Source of the DNA: Lutibacter sp.
GTDB lineage: Bacteria > Bacteroidota > Bacteroidia > Flavobacteriales > Flavobacteriaceae
Assembly: GCF_013041805.1 (NCBI RefSeq)
Contig: NZ_JABDRI010000094.1
Location: 1 to 64,000, forward strand
Direction of reading: 5' to 3'
DNA length: 64,000 nucleotides
Position numbers and translations under genes: made by a program. Positions within the stretch are counted from its first letter, which is position 1; each line of letters opens with the position of its first letter. Positions 59,206 through 64,000 of this stretch are shown here, one piece after another. Below the pieces are notes generated by a model. It had not been told where the DNA came from. It ran no database searches and saw only the letters and a list, made by a program, of their open reading frames with translations.

Positions 59206-59454
59206 ATGAAAATAAGCTGCGATAAAGCAACTAAAATTTGTGATAAGCAACAGTATAAAGAAGCTTCGTTATGGGAAAAAGCTCAATTAAACTTGCACTT
59301 ATTTTTATGTAAAAAATGTGGTCTTTACTCAAAACAAAATGTCGTATTAACCAAATGTTATAATAAGTATAAAAATGTTGAGAATAGAAATACAAAATGT
59401 TTAAGTAAAGAAGATAAAAACCAACTAGAAAATAAGCTAAAAGCAAAATTATAG
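59206..59454 (+). CDS. Putative soluble zinc-binding anti-sigma factor (ZAS-type, H-x3-C-x2-C)
   Basis: HLFLCKKC matches the ZAS motif. There is no TM helix. It lies immediately downstream of the ECF sigma gene, 12 bp away. Confidence 0.45.
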   Translation: MKISCDKATKICDKQQYKEASLWEKAQLNLHLFLCKKCGLYSKQNVVLTKCYNKYKNVENRNTKCLSKEDKNQLENKLKAKL

Positions 59455-59484
59455 CATACTAATTAATTATTTTTTCAGAACATT

Positions 59485-59715
59485 ATGAAACTAAAAACAA
59501 AGGCGTTTCTTTTAAATATTGTTATTTTTTTTGTAACATTTTTAGTTATCCACTTTATATTAAATTATTTTTTTAAAGATTTAAAAGGAGCATATGTAGC
59601 TGGTATTTCAGGAGGATTAACAGCAATGTTAGCTCCTAGAGCTAAAAATATTAAAACACAAAGTGGAGATCATATTCAAATGACTTGGATTTTCTCAAAA
59701 AAAGTAAGAACGTAA
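59485..59715 (+). CDS. Small membrane protein of unknown function, possibly part of the ECF sigma module
   Basis: One N-terminal TM helix; 76 aa. Confidence 0.3.
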   Translation: MKLKTKAFLLNIVIFFVTFLVIHFILNYFFKDLKGAYVAGISGGLTAMLAPRAKNIKTQSGDHIQMTWIFSKKVRT

Positions 59716-59746
59716 ATCTTACATTTTTTTAAATAACTTATAAATT

Positions 59747-60388
59747 ATGAACTTTTTACCTGATAATATTGACAACTATATCGTTCATCATTCGCAACAA
59801 GAACCAGCTATTTTAAAAGAATTAAACAAAGAAACTTGGCAAAAGGTTTTAAACCCAAGAATGTTGAGTGGTGCTTTTCAAGGAAGAGTTTTATCCATGA
59901 TTTCTAAATTAATAAACCCTAAAAATATTCTTGAAATAGGTACTTATACAGGTTATTCAGCTTTGTGCCTAGCTGAAGGTATGCAAAAAACCGGAACATT
60001 AATTACAATTGATAAAAATGAAGAGTTAGAGGATTTTTCTAAAAAATATTTTAATAAATCAGACTTTCAAAATCAAATACTTCCATTAGTTGGGAATGCT
60101 TTAGATATTATTCCAACACTAGATAAAAAATTTGATTTGGTTTTTATTGATGCTGATAAGTCTAATTATGTAAATTATTTCAATTTGATAATTGATAAAA
60201 TGAAATCAGGTGGAGTAATTCTTTCAGACAATGTTTTATGGAGTGGAAAAGTGGTTGAAAATCTTGAACCAAAAGATATCGACACTAAAACTCTGTTAAA
60301 GTATAATCAATTATTAAATACAGACGATAGAATTGAAACTGTTTTGCTGCCAATTCGTGATGGTTTAACCATTAGTAGAGTAAAGTAG
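59747..60388 (+). CDS. Class I SAM-dependent O-methyltransferase (caffeoyl-CoA OMT-like)
   Basis: SAM-binding motif LEIGTYTGYSALCLAEG and an acidic motif VFIDADK. Confidence 0.8.
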   Translation: MNFLPDNIDNYIVHHSQQEPAILKELNKETWQKVLNPRMLSGAFQGRVLSMISKLINPKNILEIGTYTGYSALCLAEGMQKTGTLITIDKNEELEDFSKKYFNKSDFQNQILPLVGNALDIIPTLDKKFDLVFIDADKSNYVNYFNLIIDKMKSGGVILSDNVLWSGKVVENLEPKDIDTKTLLKYNQLLNTDDRIETVLLPIRDGLTISRVK

Positions 60389-60390
60389 AC

Positions 60391-60708
60391 TTATTTATTT
60401 CTTTTAATAGGTCCGGTAATTTCATCAACAATAGTGTCTTTTACCTTGCTTACGGGCTTTGTATAATCGTCGAAGTTATCTTTTACTTTACTTATTTCTT
60501 TTCTGATATTTTTCACAGCGTCAATATCAATATCATTTTTGTCTGCGCTATTTTTAATTTCTCTTTTAATATCATTAGTAGCATCTTTAATTTGGCGCAT
60601 ACCCTTTCCTAGTCCTCTGGCAATTTCAGGAAGTTTATCGGCACCAAATAACATAACTACAATAAGTAGAATTACAAATATTTCAGCTCCGCTAATAAAT
60701 AAAAACAT
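60391..60708 (-). CDS. tatA: Twin-arginine translocase TatA/TatE-family subunit
   Basis: N-terminal TM helix, then the amphipathic helix FGADKLPEIARGLGKGMRQIK, and a charged tail. Confidence 0.7.
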   Translation of the reverse strand: MFLFISGAEIFVILLIVVMLFGADKLPEIARGLGKGMRQIKDATNDIKREIKNSADKNDIDIDAVKNIRKEISKVKDNFDDYTKPVSKVKDTIVDEITGPIKRNK

Positions 60709-60796
60709 GACAAGTTATTTTGGGTGCTAAGATAGTTAAAAAATTGTTCGAAAACATATTGAATTTAAATTGTCGAAGTTAAAATTAGAATAAACT

Positions 60797-61249
60797 TTAG
60801 TTTATTTTAGACTGTCTATCATACATAACAATACTTCCTGCTACAGATACATTTAAGCTTAAAGTAGATTTAAATTTCACTAAAAAATGTGACTTATCAA
60901 TAGCAGCTTTTGATAATCCGTGGTCTTCAGCTCCTAATAAATAAACACATCGTCTTGGATGTTTAAATGTTTCTAAATGCTCTGCTTTTTCATTTAATTC
61001 AACACCAACTAACATAGCTCCTTTGGGTAAATTTTTGTAGAAATCATCAAATGTATTATAATGAAAATAGGGCATTGCACCAGTAGCTTTATGAGTATCG
61101 CAGGCTTGTTTTGCATATCTATTTCCAATAGTAAAAATAAAACTAGCGCCCATATTCTGTGCAGACCTCCACAAAACACCTAAATTTTCAGGTGTTTTTC
61201 CATTCTGAATTCCAATACCAAAAAATCCTTGTTCTAAATTATTTACCAT
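60797..61249 (-). CDS. SpoU/TrmH-class RNA 2'-O-methyltransferase, TrmL-sized
   Basis: SPOUT motifs VYLLGAEDHGLS and LNVSVAGSIVMYD; 150 aa. Confidence 0.7.
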   Translation of the reverse strand: MVNNLEQGFFGIGIQNGKTPENLGVLWRSAQNMGASFIFTIGNRYAKQACDTHKATGAMPYFHYNTFDDFYKNLPKGAMLVGVELNEKAEHLETFKHPRRCVYLLGAEDHGLSKAAIDKSHFLVKFKSTLSLNVSVAGSIVMYDRQSKIN

Positions 61250-61263
61250 CTAAAATAAAAATC

Positions 61264-62997
61264 TTATTTATACCTCCAACTAGTTAAATCAGCACCTTTT
61301 GGAGCGCTTTGAGCAATGCGTTTCATTATTTTAGGAACATACATAGAGTTATAGCGAAGACGAGAAATAGCATTTGGATTTTCGGGATCACCGTTCCAGC
61401 AATGTTCGGCTCTATCACCATATTCAATTTCGCCATCATAATAAGGGTCAGTTGTACTTTCCAAAAAATCTTCCATTAAATACACAGCATTATTTAAATA
61501 ATAGTTATCCATATCACCGCAATAAATATGAATTTTTCCTTTTAATTTCTCACCTAGTTTATCCCAATCTCGCTCTAGAATATGTTTTAAATCGTAATTT
61601 TCTTTCCAAAAATTTGCAACTTCATGATTAATTTCTCCGGTATATTTATCCCATATGCGAGTTGGATAACCTTCATTATTTTGTGGGGAATAGGTAGCTT
61701 CCCAAATATCCCATTGCCCACCAGATCTCGAATTGTCACCTAAAACTAATTCTAAATGATTTGATTCCTTTACTGTTGAAGAAATATTTCCTAAATAATC
61801 TCTATGAGCCGGAACTTCAAGTTGTTTGTGTTCGCTTTCATAGTAATAAGCATTTATGTCTTCGTAAATATTGGTCAAGCAATAGGCTTGAAAATCGATA
61901 GGGTCAGGGCAAGCAGCGAAACATCCATTATATTCATCTGGATACTTTACTTGAACGGCTAAAGCTTCCCAACCACCAGTAGAGCCACCATATAAAAATC
62001 GTGACCAACCTTTTCCAATTCCTCTAAATTCTTTTTCAATATGTGGAATTAATTCATAAGTAATGGCATCTCCATAAGGCCCCTGATTGGCTGAATTAAC
62101 GGCATAAGAATCATCATAGTATGGTGTTGGGTGTTGAATTTCTATAATAATAAAACGCGGAAAATCTGGTTCGTTCCAACGCTTATAAAAATCATATGCT
62201 TCTTGTTGCTGAATTATATTGTAGCCATCTAAATCAAATCTTTCCGAATATTCAGGTTTCATTTCTTTATCAGGAGGTGTTGTTCTAAATCCACCAAAAT
62301 CAGTTGGGAAATGGCCATGAAATATCATTAATGGGTAATTAGCTTCTGGATGGTCTTCAAAACCTTTAGGTAATAAAACATGTGCCCCCAAATACATGTC
62401 TCTACCCCAAAATTTTGATAATTTTTCCGACTTAAATTTAATGTGTTTTATCCATTCTGTATCTTCAGGTTGTTCTATTTCTGGTATTATTTTATCTAAA
62501 CTAATTTGAACATTTTTTATTCCTTCTGAAGTAATTGTTATTTTTTGAGGAGTACTATATAAGTTCCCTGGAGATCGATTCCATTGTTGACCTTCTCCAT
62601 TATCCATAGGAAGTTTCACGGTATGTCCTGTTTCTAAATTGAAAGTTTCATACACGTGTAACAAGGCTTGAATATAATATTCACCCGGTTTTAGATCTTG
62701 TAAACTACTCAAAGGAAAACCAAATATTGTTTCATCAAATAGTACGTTTTGGTTAGCTTCTAAAGCATCAACATTTTGTCCGAATATTAATTGATTATTC
62801 AGTCCTTCACCAATTTGAAATCTAGGTTCATTGTCATTATTTGTTGAAAGCATTAATAACATTCTACCATCTAATTTTTGTGAGCTTAAAGTTTCTGATA
62901 ATGAAACATTAATAGTTATTTGAGGAGTATCTTTTTGGTTTGAAGTGCAACTCGTTAAATATGCAACGAGTAAACAATAGAATGCGAATTTTTTCAT
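61264..62997 (-). CDS. Lipoprotein with a C-terminal alpha/beta-hydrolase (esterase-D / enterochelin-esterase-like) domain
   Basis: Lipobox YLTSCTS and a GxSxGG-type nucleophile elbow YGGSTGGWEA. I did not classify the N-terminal ~200 aa. Confidence 0.45.
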   Translation of the reverse strand: MKKFAFYCLLVAYLTSCTSNQKDTPQITINVSLSETLSSQKLDGRMLLMLSTNNDNEPRFQIGEGLNNQLIFGQNVDALEANQNVLFDETIFGFPLSSLQDLKPGEYYIQALLHVYETFNLETGHTVKLPMDNGEGQQWNRSPGNLYSTPQKITITSEGIKNVQISLDKIIPEIEQPEDTEWIKHIKFKSEKLSKFWGRDMYLGAHVLLPKGFEDHPEANYPLMIFHGHFPTDFGGFRTTPPDKEMKPEYSERFDLDGYNIIQQQEAYDFYKRWNEPDFPRFIIIEIQHPTPYYDDSYAVNSANQGPYGDAITYELIPHIEKEFRGIGKGWSRFLYGGSTGGWEALAVQVKYPDEYNGCFAACPDPIDFQAYCLTNIYEDINAYYYESEHKQLEVPAHRDYLGNISSTVKESNHLELVLGDNSRSGGQWDIWEATYSPQNNEGYPTRIWDKYTGEINHEVANFWKENYDLKHILERDWDKLGEKLKGKIHIYCGDMDNYYLNNAVYLMEDFLESTTDPYYDGEIEYGDRAEHCWNGDPENPNAISRLRYNSMYVPKIMKRIAQSAPKGADLTSWRYK

Positions 62998-63049
62998 TAG
63001 AGAGAAAGATTAGTTTGAAGTTATTAAGGTATAAAATTTTAATTAAAAT

Positions 63050-64000
63050 TTACTTCCTTGTAAGCATTCTCTTGATTTCATTTAGTTTCATTAATGCTTC
63101 AATAGGTGTAAGCGTATCTATATTTGTAGTTAAAATCTCTTCTTTTATATTTTCTAGTAAAGGATCGTCTAGGTTAAAAAAGCTTAACTGCATTTCTTGG
63201 TCTGAAGCATTTTTTAGTGTTTCTTTTATCTCTTCATTTGTATGATTTTTCTCTAGCTGTTTTAACATTTTTGTCGCTCTATGAATTACAGAACTTGGCA
63301 TACCTGCTAATTTTGCAACATAAATACCAAAACTATGCTCACTTCCACCAGGAACTAATTTTCGTAAGAAAATAACTTTATCTTTTAATTCCTTTACTGA
63401 AACATTGAAGTTTTTAACACGCTCAAATGTATTTGTCATATCATTTAATTCGTGATAATGTGTAGCAAATAATGTTTTTGCTTTTGAAGGATGTTCGTGC
63501 AAATATTCAGCAATTGCCCAAGCAATTGAAATACCATCGTAGGTACTTGTTCCTCGTCCAATCTCATCTAAAAGCACTAAACTTCTTTGAGAAATATTAT
63601 TCAAAATACTTGCGGTTTCATTCATTTCTACCATAAAAGTAGATTCACCCATAGAAATGTTATCGCTTGCCCCAACTCTTGTAAAAATTTTATCAACTAT
63701 ACCAATTCTTGCGTGTTGTGCTGGAACATAACTTCCCATTTGGGCCAATAAAACAATCAATGCTGTTTGACGTAAAATAGCTGATTTACCACTCATATTT
63801 GGTCCAGTAATCATAATGATTTGCTGTAAATTTCTGTTTAAAACAACATCATTTGCAATATACTCTTCTTCAATTGGTAATTGTTTTTCAATCACAGGAT
63901 GACGACCGTTTTTAATTTCTAAATCGGTGCTTTCATCTAATTGCGGACGCACATAATTGTACTGTTTGGCAATTTCTGCAAAAGAGCTTAAACAATCTAT
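63050..64000 (-). CDS. mutS: DNA mismatch repair protein MutS, C-terminal ATPase and dimerisation part. The gene continues beyond the window end.
   Basis: Walker A GPNMSGKS, the STF/DE region, and a C-terminal HTH-like segment. The reading frame stays open from 63952 to position 64000, and the upstream residues [19 protein letters not shown] are MutS-like. Confidence 0.85.
   Translation of the reverse strand: MDCLSSFAEIAKQYNYVRPQLDESTDLEIKNGRHPVIEKQLPIEEEYIANDVVLNRNLQQIIMITGPNMSGKSAILRQTALIVLLAQMGSYVPAQHARIGIVDKIFTRVGASDNISMGESTFMVEMNETASILNNISQRSLVLLDEIGRGTSTYDGISIAWAIAEYLHEHPSKAKTLFATHYHELNDMTNTFERVKNFNVSVKELKDKVIFLRKLVPGGSEHSFGIYVAKLAGMPSSVIHRATKMLKQLEKNHTNEEIKETLKNASDQEMQLSFFNLDDPLLENIKEEILTTNIDTLTPIEALMKLNEIKRMLTRK

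Noticed and set aside
63942-63952. The listed start of the last ORF at 63952
   Set aside because: The frame stays open to position 64000, and the upstream residues (...[15 protein letters not shown]...) are conserved MutS sequence. The gene therefore continues beyond the window and 63952 is not a real start.
1-64000. CRISPR arrays, tRNA genes, rRNA genes, integrases and transposases
   Set aside because: I scanned the intergenic regions by eye and found no regularly spaced identical repeats, no tRNA-like GC-rich cloverleaf segments, and no transposase or integrase-like ORFs.

Overview
AT-rich window (roughly one-third GC by eye) that reads like a Flavobacteriia/Bacteroidota chromosome segment. 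Supporting signs are a T9SS type-B C-terminal sorting domain, SusC-like CarboxypepD_reg outer-membrane barrels ending in Phe, Bacteroidota-style gene families and weak or absent Shine-Dalgarno sequences. I call about 55 protein-coding genes, with partial genes at both window edges. I saw no rRNA, tRNA, CRISPR array, integrase or transposase. All domain calls rest on motif recognition by eye from the supplied six-frame translations and on my own hand translation of the unlisted minus-strand gene at 1..3791; nothing was searched against a database.

Housekeeping content: recJ, hflX, sufE plus a DUF59 partner, a long-form PurF-like amidotransferase, Fe/Mn superoxide dismutase, class-1 fructose bisphosphatase, aspartate kinase, panB, tatA and a partial mutS.

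Accessory and notable content:
(1) A ten-gene co-directional minus-strand array at 25168..33975. It reads ferredoxin, di-haem membrane protein, Tat-exported flavoprotein, LTXXQ lipoprotein, VTC-like, DUF4956-like, OM barrel, CotH-like, LytS-like kinase, LytTR regulator. Four of its promoter-proximal regions each carry a direct repeat with core ATCAAYGAA spaced exactly 21 bp apart. This is my best candidate for an undescribed regulon or system.
(2) A partial giant T9SS adhesin with a cysteine-less C-type-lectin-like domain carrying EPN and WND motifs.
(3) Two EEP-family nuclease/phosphatase paralogs bracketing a TonB-dependent-receptor-like barrel and a lipoprotein with tandem OB-like repeats plus a lamin-tail domain. 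This may be an extracellular nucleic-acid scavenging locus.
(4) A tandem pair of small secreted paralogs.
(5) A 1484-aa multi-PAS/GAF hybrid kinase next to an ECF sigma factor and a ZAS-type anti-sigma factor.
(6) An OlsF-like bifunctional aminolipid acyltransferase.
(7) A flotillin/NfeD pair beside an MscS channel.
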